Shown here: positions 9,600 to 19,117 of the stretch, in pieces
Layout of the letters: the number at the start of each line of letters is the position of its first letter
Numbering within the stretch: position 1 is the first letter of the stretch
DNA from: an uncultured Acidobacteriota bacterium
GTDB taxonomy: Bacteria > Acidobacteriota > Thermoanaerobaculia > Gp7-AA8
NCBI GenBank assembly: GCA_963741955.1
Contig: CAVUKB010000006.1
Coordinates: 160,001 to 224,000 of the forward strand
Direction of reading: 5' to 3'
Length of the DNA: 64,000 bases
Program-made: the position numbers and the translations under genes
The notes under the pieces: model-generated
The model's input: only the letters and a program-made list of their open reading frames with translations
Told to the model about the DNA's origin: nothing
Database searches by the model: none

Positions 9600-9676
9600 G
9601 GGGGAATGGAAATTTCCGGCGTTCGTCCGTCCAACCGACGGGAGCAGTCATCGAGACGCTCCCGTCGGAGGCCGAG

Positions 9677-10363
9677 ATGTCGCGCAAGCTCGAATCTTTT
9701 CATCGGATTACGTCGACGAGTGCCCATCACATGGTGCTCCGGCGGCGGCTGGTCGCACTCTGGAGATCCCGACGCCTCGCTGCCGGAGCCATCGATCATC
9801 TCGCGTTCGGCGTGGTGATTCTCGACGGCGGCCGGCGCGTGCTCTCGATGAACAGGGCCGCGAGCGCGATCGTGGATCGCCGCGATGGGCTCTCGCTCAG
9901 CGAAGGGTCGATTCACCCGACCGACCGGCGCACCCGTTGCGCGTTCGACGAGTTCGTCAGAGAGGCGCTCGCACCGCGCTCCAGGCCATCCGGTGACGAC
10001 GCCGTGCTGACCATCGATCGCGCTTCGGGCTCACGCCCCTACACCGTGGTGGTTTGCCCGTTGAACGATCAGGCCTCGTTTCACGGCTCGTTCCGAGCCG
10101 CGGTCGCACTTTTCATCATGGATCCCGATGCGCCGGTGGAGCTCAGGCCGCAACGTCTGCGAGCGCTCTATTCGCTCACCCCCCGTGAGACGGAGCTCGC
10201 CAGCCGCCTCCTCGGAGGTTCGACGCTGGACGACATCGCACACCAGCTGGGAGTCACCATGAACACCGTCCGCTGCCAGCTCAAGAGAATCTTTCAGAAG
10301 ACCGGCACCAGTCGCCAGTCGGAGCTGGTGATTCTGCTCGGCTCACTGCGCATGGTCGCGTGA
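9677..10363 (+). CDS. PAS-like + LuxR HTH transcriptional regulator
   Basis: AIDHLAFGVVILDGGRRVLSMNRAA (PAS-like) and YSLTPRETELASRLLGG...TVRCQLKRIFQKTGTSRQSEL (LuxR HTH). The start position is uncertain. Confidence 0.85.
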   Translation: MSRKLESFHRITSTSAHHMVLRRRLVALWRSRRLAAGAIDHLAFGVVILDGGRRVLSMNRAASAIVDRRDGLSLSEGSIHPTDRRTRCAFDEFVREALAPRSRPSGDDAVLTIDRASGSRPYTVVVCPLNDQASFHGSFRAAVALFIMDPDAPVELRPQRLRALYSLTPRETELASRLLGGSTLDDIAHQLGVTMNTVRCQLKRIFQKTGTSRQSELVILLGSLRMVA

Positions 10364-10461
10364 GGCCGCTGCCGCCGCACCTGCTGCGGCGGAATGCGGC
10401 GCAAACTCAGCGAAGGAGCAGAGCAGCGGGGAGGAATGCGAATCCTTTCAGCGGGATCCGA

Positions 10462-10850
10462 AGGTGTCTCGACCGTACCGGTCGGACGAAGGCTTCGCTC
10501 GAGCCACAAGGATCCTCTCGATCCGCTCTGAACGTGATCGCCGCGGCGGATCTGAGGATCCGCACCCCACAGCTACATCTCTCTTTGGAGTGCAGGTGTC
10601 TCGACCGTACCCGTCGGACGAAGGCTTCGCTTTCAGCCACATGAGTCCTCTCGATCTGTTCCGAACGTGATCGCCGCGGCGGATCTGAGGATCCGCACCC
10701 CACAGCTACATCTCTCTTTGGAGTGCAGGTGTCTCGACCGTACCCGGTCGGACGAAGGCTTCGCTCGAGCCACAAGGATCCTCTCGATCCGCTCTGAACG
10801 TGATCGCCGCGGCGGATCTGAGGATCCGCACCCCATAGCGACATCTCTCC
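10462..10850. repeat. Three tandem 132-133 bp units, each carrying a REP-like palindrome
   Basis: Units start at 10462, 10594 and 10727 (AGGTGTCTCGACCGTACC...). Each has GCGGATCTGAGGATCCGCACCCCA(C/T), whose reverse complement is GTGG-GGT-GCGGATC-CTCA-GATCCGC. Confidence 0.9.
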
Positions 10851-10894
10851 CTGGGGCAGAGTCCTCCGATCCGCGTCGAGAATCGGCGACGGCC

Positions 10895-11437
10895 TCACGG
10901 CCATCCTCTCATCGGCTGCAACCTCGCCGCGTCGCGGCAGGCGGGACAGAACCTCGGTTCTTTGACGTCGATCAGCTCGACCGAATGCGCAGATGCCATC
11001 ACGCAACGGTAATCGTCGCAGTGCCTGAGACCGAGCATGTGTCCGGTCTCGTGGATCGCTTCCTTCAGGAGGCGACCGGTAAGGAGGGGCAGCTCTTCTT
11101 CGAGCCCGTAGAACGTCTGCCGGAGACGGTGATAAGAGACGACTCCGGCGACCCCTCCGAGCTGGGCCTCACCGAAGACGAACGTGAGAATCGGGATGTA
11201 GAGGTCGAGGGGAGTGACTCCGAGAACGAGCTCGCGTCCGTTCTTCCTGGCAGCCAGCTTCTCGATCAGCTCCGATGAATGGAACTGCTGCCGCTCGGGA
11301 TGCAGAGTTCCCGACGGATCGAGCGGAGATTCGTCGATGCGGGCGCTGTATCCGAGCTCCTGGAACATCGGAAAACGGATCGCGTCCACCAGCGGAGGAT
11401 CGGGCGAGCCGATCCTGACGAGGCGGATCGTTTTCAT
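10895..11437 (-). CDS. Archaemetzincin-family Zn metalloprotease (peptidase M54)
   Basis: DLYIPILTFVFGEAQLGG, KEAIHETGHMLGLRHC..YRCVM, terminal FCPAC. ATG overlaps the upstream stop (ATGA). Confidence 0.9.
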   Translation of the reverse strand: MKTIRLVRIGSPDPPLVDAIRFPMFQELGYSARIDESPLDPSGTLHPERQQFHSSELIEKLAARKNGRELVLGVTPLDLYIPILTFVFGEAQLGGVAGVVSYHRLRQTFYGLEEELPLLTGRLLKEAIHETGHMLGLRHCDDYRCVMASAHSVELIDVKEPRFCPACRDAARLQPMRGWP

Positions 11438-12795
11438 CGTGCGTGCGCAGTCTGCCGAGACCAGCCGTACTTCTTGAGCTTGTTGTGCAGCGTCACCCGG
11501 TCGATGGCGAGAATCTCCGCCGCCCTGGTCTGATTCCCTCCGCACTCCTCCACGACCTGGAGGATGTAGGCACGCTCGATGTCCTCCAGCTTCTTGATCT
11601 CGCTCTCGTGGCCGTCTCCATTCGGACGGACCGCGAAGTCGTTCTCCCTCAGCTCTGACGCTGTGGCCACGACCATGGCTCGCTCGACGGCATTCTCGAG
11701 CTCCCGGATGTTGCCGGGCCAGTCGCAGCGCTGCAGCAACTCCATTGCAGCAGGGGTGATCCCTGAGACCTTCTTGTTCATCGACATCGCAAACTTGCGG
11801 ATGAAGTGCGCGGTGAGGAGCGGAATGTCCTGCTTCCGTTCGCGGAGAGGCGGGAGCTCCACCCGGAAGACGTTCAGCCGGTAGAAGAGGTCCGGACGGA
11901 ACTTCCCTTCCTCGATCAACGTCTCGAGGTTCTTGTTCGTCGCGGCGACACAGCGGAAATCGACTTTGATCGCCTGGTGACCTCCGACTCTCGTCACCTC
12001 GCGCTCCTGGAGGACGCGCAGCAGATCCGTCTGGGTCTTCAGGGAGATGTCCCCGATCTCGTCGAGAAAGACCGTTCCCCCTTCGGCGACCTCGAATTTT
12101 CCCTTCTTCCGGTACTGCGCGCCGGTGAAGGCCCCTTTCTCGTGACCGAAAAGCTCGCTCTCGAGAAGCGTCTCAGTGAGTGCGCCGCAATGGATGGCAA
12201 CGAGAGGGTGGAATCTCCGGGGACTCGCAGCATGGACTGCGCGCGCGACGAGCTCTTTCCCGGTGCCACTCTCGCCGGTGATCAGCACGGTTGCATCCGT
12301 GGGGCCGACCGTTTCGATCGAGTCGAGCACCTTGCGCATGGGGGGACTCTGTCCCACGAGCTCGGAAGGAAGAACGCTGCTGGCGATGGTGTCGCGCATC
12401 CGGAGATTCTCGGCTTGTGCGTGTCGCAGGTTCAGAGCGTTCCGGACGATGTGAGTGATGTCGTCGGGGTCGAGCGGTTTGGTCACGTAGTCGAACGCGC
12501 CGTTCTTCAATGCGGTGACGGCGGTGTCCACCGAGGCGTAGCCGGTCATGATGATCACCGAAAGATCCGGGTCGATCTCGTGGATCCGTCGCTGGAGCTC
12601 GATCCCATCGGTGCCGCGCATCTTGATGTCGACCAGCGCCACGTCCCAGCGCCGCTCCGCGAGACGGGTCAGTGCGGCGTTCGCGTCTTCGGCCGATCCG
12701 ACCTCGTAATCCTCGTCACGGAACCAGCGTCCGAGTGAATCGCGGACACTCAGCTCGTCGTCGACGATCAGTATGCTTCCTTTCGATTGGCTCAC
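11434..12795 (-). CDS. Sigma54-dependent response regulator (NtrC/AtoC type)
   Basis: Receiver domain (ILIVDDE, DIKM), AAA+ with [14 protein letters not shown] and FLDEIGD, C-terminal Fis-type HTH. Confidence 0.97.
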   Translation of the reverse strand: MSQSKGSILIVDDELSVRDSLGRWFRDEDYEVGSAEDANAALTRLAERRWDVALVDIKMRGTDGIELQRRIHEIDPDLSVIIMTGYASVDTAVTALKNGAFDYVTKPLDPDDITHIVRNALNLRHAQAENLRMRDTIASSVLPSELVGQSPPMRKVLDSIETVGPTDATVLITGESGTGKELVARAVHAASPRRFHPLVAIHCGALTETLLESELFGHEKGAFTGAQYRKKGKFEVAEGGTVFLDEIGDISLKTQTDLLRVLQEREVTRVGGHQAIKVDFRCVAATNKNLETLIEEGKFRPDLFYRLNVFRVELPPLRERKQDIPLLTAHFIRKFAMSMNKKVSGITPAAMELLQRCDWPGNIRELENAVERAMVVATASELRENDFAVRPNGDGHESEIKKLEDIERAYILQVVEECGGNQTRAAEILAIDRVTLHNKLKKYGWSRQTAHAR

Positions 12796-12811
12796 GGGAT
12801 CCTCCTTGGTC

Positions 12812-14455
12812 TCAAACCGCGCACGACTCGGGGACGGGATCGGTTGCTGCGACTTCGGCCGGGAAGATCACCGTGAACTTCGTCCCTCTTCCGGGAGACG
12901 AGTCGACTTCGATCCTTCCGCCGTGTCTTTCGACGATTCGTTTACTGATTGCGAGCCCCAGTCCGACTCCATGTCCGTCGCCTTTCGTCGTGACGAACGG
13001 CTCGAAAAGATTCGGGAGAACGTCGTCGGGAATGCCGCAGCCGTTGTCTTCGACCACCAGCGCGACCTCGTGCGGCTCGCTTCGGGATGACGTCGCGATC
13101 CGCAGCGCACCCTCCTGGTCCATCGCGTCGATCGCATTGATCACCAGAGCCAGGAGAACCTGCTCGATCTGAGACGGATCGCCGTGAACGGTCGGAAGGT
13201 CGTCACTCAGATCGAGAGTGGCGGTGATGTTCGCCAGCTCCAGCTTGTGGGCCACGAGCTGCATGCAGCGGCGCACCACCGGATTCACCTCCACGTGCTG
13301 GAGGTTCATGGGCGAGGTACGGGCAAAGGTGAGGAGGTTCCTCACGATCTCCCCGCAGCGGCGGCTCTCGCTCTCGATCAGCTGGAGCGATTCGCTCATG
13401 TCGGTCCGTCGATCCTCGATCCGCTCTCCCCGGTCGATCCATTTCCGGATCAGTTTCGCGTAGGTGAGAATGCCCGAGAGGGGGTTGTTGATCTCATGGG
13501 CCACGACTGCGGCCATCTTTCCGAGTGAGGCGAGCTTCTCCGCCTGCAGCATCTGAGCGTGTATCGACTTCAGCTCGTTGCTCTTCTCTTCCACCCGGTC
13601 CTCGAGCGTGCGTGCCCACGCGGTGCTCTCCTCGTGGGCTTCGGCCAGCTGCCGGCTCATCTGGTTGAACGAGAGTGAGAGCTCACCGAGCTCGTCGCTC
13701 GACGAGACGTGAATCTGGACTCCGAGCTGGCCGCCGCCGAGCCGGTCCGTCGCTCTGCGTAGTGCGCGAACGGGGCGATGGACCACACCCCACACGAAGA
13801 GGCCGATGAAGATCGCGACCGCGAGAGCGCCGAGGAGACTGTAGAGGAAAAGCCGGTGAAAGCTGCTGGCGAGATTCGCATCTGCAGAAGCGAGAGAGAG
13901 ATTCGTGTCGAGTACGCCGAGTACTTTCTGGTCCGGCGAGTGGGCGTGGCATGCGGCATTCCAGCAGCTCGGCTGGTTGTAGATGGGATTGATGATTCCG
14001 AGCACCCGTTCACCGCCCGCCTGGTAGATGCGGAAGCGGTCCGGGCGGGTCAGGTGAGTCAGCGGTTGGGATTGAGCGTGACAGCCATAGCAGGCTTCGG
14101 CACTCTTGTCGACGTAGCGGTCCACTTCAGAGGGGTGACTGGAGAAGCTGATCTTTCCTTCCCGGTTGAAGATCCGCACCCGGACCATGCCCGGTTCGTC
14201 GGCCATGGTCCGGATGATGTGATAAAGCCCGTCGCGATCGTTCCGCAGCATGTAGTACGTCGTGCTGCGGTGAAGCACGTCGCTGACCCGGCCGGCGCTC
14301 TGGAGCGTCGCCGATTCGAGGTCACGACGGTGGAGGCGGATGGTGAGGAAGCCGAGCGTCGAGATCACCAGCAGAAGCGTGGCGAGAAGCATGAAGAAAA
14401 GCTTCCCGCCGACACTCCGGCGAATCCGGTTGAACGCTGACATTCGCTTCCGCAC
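12812..14455 (-). CDS. Membrane sensor histidine kinase with HAMP domain and heme-c-like motifs in the extracytoplasmic domain
   Basis: Two TMs flank a sensor domain with CYGCH and CWNAACH. HAMP, H-box AHEINNPL, and G-boxes DNGCG and GVGLGL. Start could be ATG 14443. Confidence 0.93.
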   Translation of the reverse strand: MRKRMSAFNRIRRSVGGKLFFMLLATLLLVISTLGFLTIRLHRRDLESATLQSAGRVSDVLHRSTTYYMLRNDRDGLYHIIRTMADEPGMVRVRIFNREGKISFSSHPSEVDRYVDKSAEACYGCHAQSQPLTHLTRPDRFRIYQAGGERVLGIINPIYNQPSCWNAACHAHSPDQKVLGVLDTNLSLASADANLASSFHRLFLYSLLGALAVAIFIGLFVWGVVHRPVRALRRATDRLGGGQLGVQIHVSSSDELGELSLSFNQMSRQLAEAHEESTAWARTLEDRVEEKSNELKSIHAQMLQAEKLASLGKMAAVVAHEINNPLSGILTYAKLIRKWIDRGERIEDRRTDMSESLQLIESESRRCGEIVRNLLTFARTSPMNLQHVEVNPVVRRCMQLVAHKLELANITATLDLSDDLPTVHGDPSQIEQVLLALVINAIDAMDQEGALRIATSSRSEPHEVALVVEDNGCGIPDDVLPNLFEPFVTTKGDGHGVGLGLAISKRIVERHGGRIEVDSSPGRGTKFTVIFPAEVAATDPVPESCAV

Positions 14456-14466
14456 GTGGCTCTCCC

Positions 14467-15633
14467 CTACTGCGCGACCGCCGGTTCTCCGGCGACCATC
14501 GGTTCCTCTTCCACCGTTCCGACTTCATGCGAGAAGATCGGAAGGTACTTCACTGCGAGGGCGAAAAGAGTGACGCCGACCGCGACGATGCTCATCGTGA
14601 TCGCGACCTCCGGCCACTTCGGGACGTAGGTCACCCCGGCTGCGCCTTCCATTCCGGTGATACTGATGTTCAGCCGGTTGATGACGAACCCGAACACCAC
14701 GAGGATGGAGATCAGATAGAGACCCTTCGGATTCTCACGGAACTTCGGGATGAGAAGAAGGATGATCGGAATGATCAACGCGGTCGCGATCTCGAGGAGG
14801 AAGAGATTCGCTTCGTAAGAGCCGTCGAAGATGTACTTCAGTGCGTCTCTCCGATAGAGGCTCTGGAAGCGCATCACCGCGTAGAGGATCAGAACCACGG
14901 TCAGGATCTTCCCGAGCCTGGCGAGAATCGACGGCTGCAGCTGATGCCCGAAGTGTCGCGCGGACATGGTCGACTCGAAGATGGTCATCGCGATTCCGAC
15001 CGCGATCGCGGAGATGAAGAAGAACACCGGCAGAAGGCTGCTGTACCACAGCGGGTGGAGTTTGCCGGCCATGATCAGGTAGAGGCTTCCGAGAGACGAC
15101 TGATGGAGAGTCGAAAGAAGGACGCCGAGGATGACGATCGGAAGCGAGATCGCATGGATGATCCGCAGCGGCCGCTCCATCCGGAAACGCTCGAACACCA
15201 CTGGCAGGAACTCCAGCGTCAGGACCGTGGTGTAGAGCATCACACACCAGCCGACCTCGAACATCACCGAATGGGGATTCCACATCACCAGCGGATGCCA
15301 GATGTTCCATGGCTTGCCGAGATCGAACATCAGCGCCGCGCAGACCAGCAGATATCCGAGGTATGCAGTGAGCAGCGCAGGTCGTGAGACCGGCTTGAAT
15401 CGTTCGGCGTGAAAGATGTGCACGAATGCCATCAGGGTGAAACCGCCGGCGGCCAGCATCACGCCGCAGAGGACGTCGAAGCCGACCCAGATACCCCAGG
15501 GAAAGTCGTCGCTGAGGTGAGTCGCACCGCCCAGCCCCTGGGTGAAGCGGATCCAGGTGGCCCAGGCGCCGGCTGCGAGGATGAGGACGAGCACCACGCG
15601 CCAGAAAGTGATTCTGGGGGCTCGGAATGTCAT
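14467..15633 (-). CDS. NrfD/PsrC-family integral membrane subunit (HybB/HmcC-like)
   Basis: GLGGATHLSDDFPWGIWVGFDVLCGV, SVMFEVGWCVMLY, LSTLHQSSLGSL, about 10 TMs. Confidence 0.93.
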   Translation of the reverse strand: MTFRAPRITFWRVVLVLILAAGAWATWIRFTQGLGGATHLSDDFPWGIWVGFDVLCGVMLAAGGFTLMAFVHIFHAERFKPVSRPALLTAYLGYLLVCAALMFDLGKPWNIWHPLVMWNPHSVMFEVGWCVMLYTTVLTLEFLPVVFERFRMERPLRIIHAISLPIVILGVLLSTLHQSSLGSLYLIMAGKLHPLWYSSLLPVFFFISAIAVGIAMTIFESTMSARHFGHQLQPSILARLGKILTVVLILYAVMRFQSLYRRDALKYIFDGSYEANLFLLEIATALIIPIILLLIPKFRENPKGLYLISILVVFGFVINRLNISITGMEGAAGVTYVPKWPEVAITMSIVAVGVTLFALAVKYLPIFSHEVGTVEEEPMVAGEPAVAQ

Positions 15634-16415
15634 TCTGCACCTCCTTCGTCCCGCGGCTCACGATGGCGTTTCTCTTCACGCTCGACTGCGGCGACGTCGT
15701 TGCGTCGGTTGGTGATCCAGTAGATTCCGCCCAGCAGGACGAACCCGAGACTGGTGATGTCCGGGATCTTGGAAAGGGCCTGGTGGGTGAGCAGAGGCAT
15801 CGCCTCCTGATCGTAGTCGGGCTTGAAGCCGAATTTCTCGAACGGGATCGGAGAGAGGAGAAAGACCGACGTCCCGCCGACTTCCCGCTCGCCGAAGAGA
15901 TGGTTCATGTACTGGCCCGGGTTGTCCCGGATTCTCTTGCGGGCCTCGGCGAGGAGCTCGCCGCGGTCGCCGGAGATGGTCGCGCCGGTCGGGCAGGCAT
16001 CGGAACAGGAGGTCGCTTTACCGGCCGCGGTCAGGTCGGGGCACATGATGCACTTGCGGACGCGCGGAATCACCGCGTTCCATTCGTACTTCGGAACGCC
16101 GAACGGGCAGGCGACCATGCAGTACCGGCAGCCCATGCACTTGTCGGCGTCGTAGAGCACCGGGCCCCAGGCGGTCTTGTACAGCGCCCCGACCGGGCAG
16201 ACGGAGGCGCAGGAGGGATCCTCGCAATGCATGCAGAGCTTCCGCATGAACTTCTCATCGCCCGCGGTGAGAACGGTGGTGAACTTGTGCTCCGAGGTCC
16301 TGGTTTCTTCGGCGATCGCCGAATCGTAGGGGAGTGAGTTTTTTTGGGCGCAGGCCTCCTCGCATTGCTTGCAGCCGATGCAGAGTGTCGCGTCGTAGAG
16401 TAACGCTCTCGTCAT
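15630..16415 (-). CDS. 4Fe-4S dicluster protein (HybA/HmcB/FdnH-like) with C-terminal membrane anchor
   Basis: CIGCKQCEEAC, CMHCEDPSCASVCP, CMGCRYCMVACP, KCIMC...CSDACP, GEREVGGT, C-terminal TM. No Tat signal seen. Confidence 0.93.
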   Translation of the reverse strand: MTRALLYDATLCIGCKQCEEACAQKNSLPYDSAIAEETRTSEHKFTTVLTAGDEKFMRKLCMHCEDPSCASVCPVGALYKTAWGPVLYDADKCMGCRYCMVACPFGVPKYEWNAVIPRVRKCIMCPDLTAAGKATSCSDACPTGATISGDRGELLAEARKRIRDNPGQYMNHLFGEREVGGTSVFLLSPIPFEKFGFKPDYDQEAMPLLTHQALSKIPDITSLGFVLLGGIYWITNRRNDVAAVEREEKRHREPRDEGGAE

Positions 16416-16505
16416 TTCACAGTCTCCTGCGCAGGCCGGCGGGAGTCGCGCTGCGCAAATTCGTTCGGAGCGGAGGAGGTCCCGGGTGGTGGGAGTCCCC
16501 TTTCG

Positions 16506-16841
16506 CTACTTCTCGAGAGTGCGGATGAAGCTCACCAGAGCCTTGATCTGTTCGCCGCTCACGCCTTTCTTCGCGAAAGCGTGAGAAGCCTTGCCGTCTT
16601 TTCCTTCGCTGATGATTTTCGTCAGCTCGGCGTCCGAAAGGCTCTGGACTTCGGGCGAGCCGAGATCAGCGAGCTGGTTCTTCTTCCCGAACATGGTGTC
16701 GCCGCTCCCGTCCGGCCCGTGACAGGCGGCGCACCTGGCCTTGAAGATCGCCGCGCCGTCTTCGGCCGCGAGGGCAGTCGCCGGCACGGCTGCGATCGCG
16801 GCGAGGAGCGCGACGAGGCAGAGAGTTGCAGTCCTTTTCAT
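16506..16841 (-). CDS. Periplasmic monoheme cytochrome c
   Basis: Signal peptide MKRTATLCLVALLAAIAAVPATALA, CAACH motif, GAAAGGA RBS. Confidence 0.9.
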   Translation of the reverse strand: MKRTATLCLVALLAAIAAVPATALAAEDGAAIFKARCAACHGPDGSGDTMFGKKNQLADLGSPEVQSLSDAELTKIISEGKDGKASHAFAKKGVSGEQIKALVSFIRTLEK

Positions 16842-17052
16842 CGATTGTCCTTTCATATCGTTCAAACTTCGGCGGCGCTGACGGGCGGCGTTCACTTTTC
16901 ATCGGCGGGAACGCTTCCCGAGCTCGCGCCTGCGTGAATATTGATCGGTCCGCGGAAGGCGAAAGGGTGTGATTCAAACACCCGGCAATTGTGACGGAGA
17001 CCCTCGGGAGCCCGGTCAGTCGCTGTGATTCGCCACATCCGTACACGCGAAT

Positions 17053-17070
17053 CTGATGCAAACGCATCAG
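17053..17070. promoter_or_regulatory. Palindrome CTGATGC-AAAC-GCATCAG, putative activator site upstream of the cytochrome/HybAB-like operon
   Basis: Perfect 7-bp inverted repeat about 210 bp upstream of ATG 16841. Similar motifs occur at 48042 and 48128. Confidence 0.45.
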
Positions 17071-17275
17071 GGAGAGCATGAGAATCGCGCGCTGTGGCCG
17101 TCCTCCGCGCCTGATGTCTCTGATTTGTGAACAAACGTAAACTAATACCCCGATGGGAGTGTCGCAGGGAAGCGCGATTCTCGACGCGCACGGTTGCACG
17201 CTTTCACGCTGCGAAATTCTCCTCCGTCCGGCGTCACGCCGCCCCGCTTTCGTTGCACGGCGCCGCAGTTGTCCC

Positions 17276-18870
17276 AGGAGTCTGCGCGATAGGACGTAAG
17301 TTCGGCGCTTCCTGATGATCTCGGGTGACGTCCGCTCGCGAGCGGCAGAACCGGGCCATCGAAGCGCCTTGGGGTTGATGGAGCCGTTCTCGGGGAGGTG
17401 GCAGCGCGAAACACTTGCTCGGCGGGACTTTTCGGGGTTGGATACTGCTCTGCCGGGGCTATTCGACCGCAACCAGAGCGCTCATTCGCTTCAGATTGAT
17501 CACCAGGCACACCAGAGCCCATTCGCCGGCAACTTTGCGCGTCCCGCGGAGACTGAATCGTCGAAAGCCGAGAACGTTTTTGACCCAGCCAAACACCGGC
17601 TCAACGATCGCCTTTCGCCGGCGATAGACCGCCTTGCCTGCAGGTGAGTCCAACTTCTGCTTCATCCGCAGAGTAGCGGGGAGCGTCGTCTCAGCTGCGG
17701 TTTCTTTGCCTTCTCGTCCGAGAGAAACATACGCATCGATCTTCTTCTCCTCCAACTCGATGAACGAGCTTTCCGACTTGTAACCGGTGTCGGCAACAAC
17801 CTGGTCGGGGCTTGTTTCGCAATTCTGTTCGACCACCTCGACCAAAGGCACGAGTGATCCGCTGTCCGCCGCAGATTGTGTGATCTCGAATCCGACGATG
17901 AGTTGGTTATCGGCATCGACTGCGATCTGCGCGTTGTAGCACTGCTGAAATCCTTCCTGGGACTTCATGATTCGGCTCTCGGAATCGGTGAAGTTCTCTT
18001 GCGCTTTGTCCTCAGGTACGCCGAACTTCCGTTTGAATGGCTTACCCTTCTTCCTGGCCGGATCATCGTCGCCTTCGGAGCGACCAGCCTTCGTGTCCAG
18101 TTCCCGCTGTCGCTGTTCGAGTCGCTCTCGTGCATCTCTGATCTTTCGGATGCGTGTTTCCCGGCGCTGGAGCTCTTCGGGCAACTCATCCCCGCGTCGA
18201 TCAACCCCGTACTCGGCATCCTCCCGGGCATCCTCTTCCGCCGCTGTGGCCAAAATCTCCGCGATCTCCTTCTCGAGCTTCGCTTCTTCCTTCTTCATCC
18301 GATCGTAGCTCATCGCCTTGTGCTTGCTGGCATTCGCTCGCACCTTCGACCCGTCGATTGCGATCCTCCCGAGCGTAACTAACCCTGCCTCCTGAGCGGT
18401 CCGAATGATCTGGACCAGCAATGAGCTGAATGCGTCCACGTTTTCAAGCCGAAAGTCGCAGATGGTCCGATGCGATGGAAAGTTCCCGGCTGCAAGATAC
18501 CGGACGGCGATATCTTCATCGATCCGCCGGGCAATCTTGCGCGAGGAGAACGTTCCCGTCAGGTACGAATAGGTGATCAACTTGAGCATCATCCTCGGCT
18601 CGTAGGGCTGCTTCCGCCTGCCGTCGCCCTTGTACCGCTCGTAGAATGCACTCAGATCAAGCTGATCGATCATGTCGGAAACGAAGTGCGCCAAGTGACC
18701 CTCAGGGAGCCACTCGTATGGCGAGGGCGGAAGCAGCAGCGACTGCTCCGGTCGGTATGGCCTATACGTGGTCGGCATGACCTAATCTTAACATATTATC
18801 GTTACTACTAACCATTCACCTTTTATCATGCCGATTTGCCGCGAACCGGGTTTCTACCGCGCAGACTCCT
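17276..18870 (-). mobile_element. IS1182-family insertion sequence, complete (~1.6 kb)
   Basis: Terminal inverted repeats AGGAGTCTGCGCGATAG (17276-17292) and CTACCGCGCAGACTCCT (18854-18870), 16/17 match. Ends overlap CCAG/CTAG; GC is lower than in the flanks. Confidence 0.92.
17459..18778 (-). CDS. IS1182-family transposase
   Basis: LLPPSPYEWLPEGHLA, PYEPRMMLK...SSRKIA, IAIDGSKVRANASKHKAMSY, NFTDSESRIM, YNAQIAVD, ADTGY, YRRRKAIVEPVFG. Confidence 0.96.
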   Translation of the reverse strand: MPTTYRPYRPEQSLLLPPSPYEWLPEGHLAHFVSDMIDQLDLSAFYERYKGDGRRKQPYEPRMMLKLITYSYLTGTFSSRKIARRIDEDIAVRYLAAGNFPSHRTICDFRLENVDAFSSLLVQIIRTAQEAGLVTLGRIAIDGSKVRANASKHKAMSYDRMKKEEAKLEKEIAEILATAAEEDAREDAEYGVDRRGDELPEELQRRETRIRKIRDARERLEQRQRELDTKAGRSEGDDDPARKKGKPFKRKFGVPEDKAQENFTDSESRIMKSQEGFQQCYNAQIAVDADNQLIVGFEITQSAADSGSLVPLVEVVEQNCETSPDQVVADTGYKSESSFIELEEKKIDAYVSLGREGKETAAETTLPATLRMKQKLDSPAGKAVYRRRKAIVEPVFGWVKNVLGFRRFSLRGTRKVAGEWALVCLVINLKRMSALVAVE

Positions 18871-19117
18871 AGCCTGCATTTCTCACACTATCTCTGCTGC
18901 GGAGACGGATAGCGGCCTGTCTACTACGTTGTGCACATCTTCGGCTCCTCGACATAGTCACCACTATGCCTTCGTCGCCGAAGCTGCGCGCACCTTGTAT
19001 CCAGGCCGTTCTCCGCCCCCTCGCGACGAGACGGTGTGAGAAATGCGGGCTGGAGGCGACCGCTGGCACCGTCCCTGAATCGGCGATTGCTGAGCCAGCA
19101 CCGGGAAGAGATCACTC

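Noticed and set aside
10462-10850. Possible CRISPR array
   Set aside because: The sequences between palindromes are near-identical rather than unique spacers, the period is about 132 bp, and no cas genes are present.
14467-16415. Calling this a hydrogenase-2 (hyb) operon
   Set aside because: No NiFe large or small subunit or maturation genes are in the window, so gene symbols were withheld.
16842-17275. Sigma54 -24/-12 promoter for the redox operon
   Set aside because: No GG-N10-GC element with consensus context was found by eye on the minus strand.
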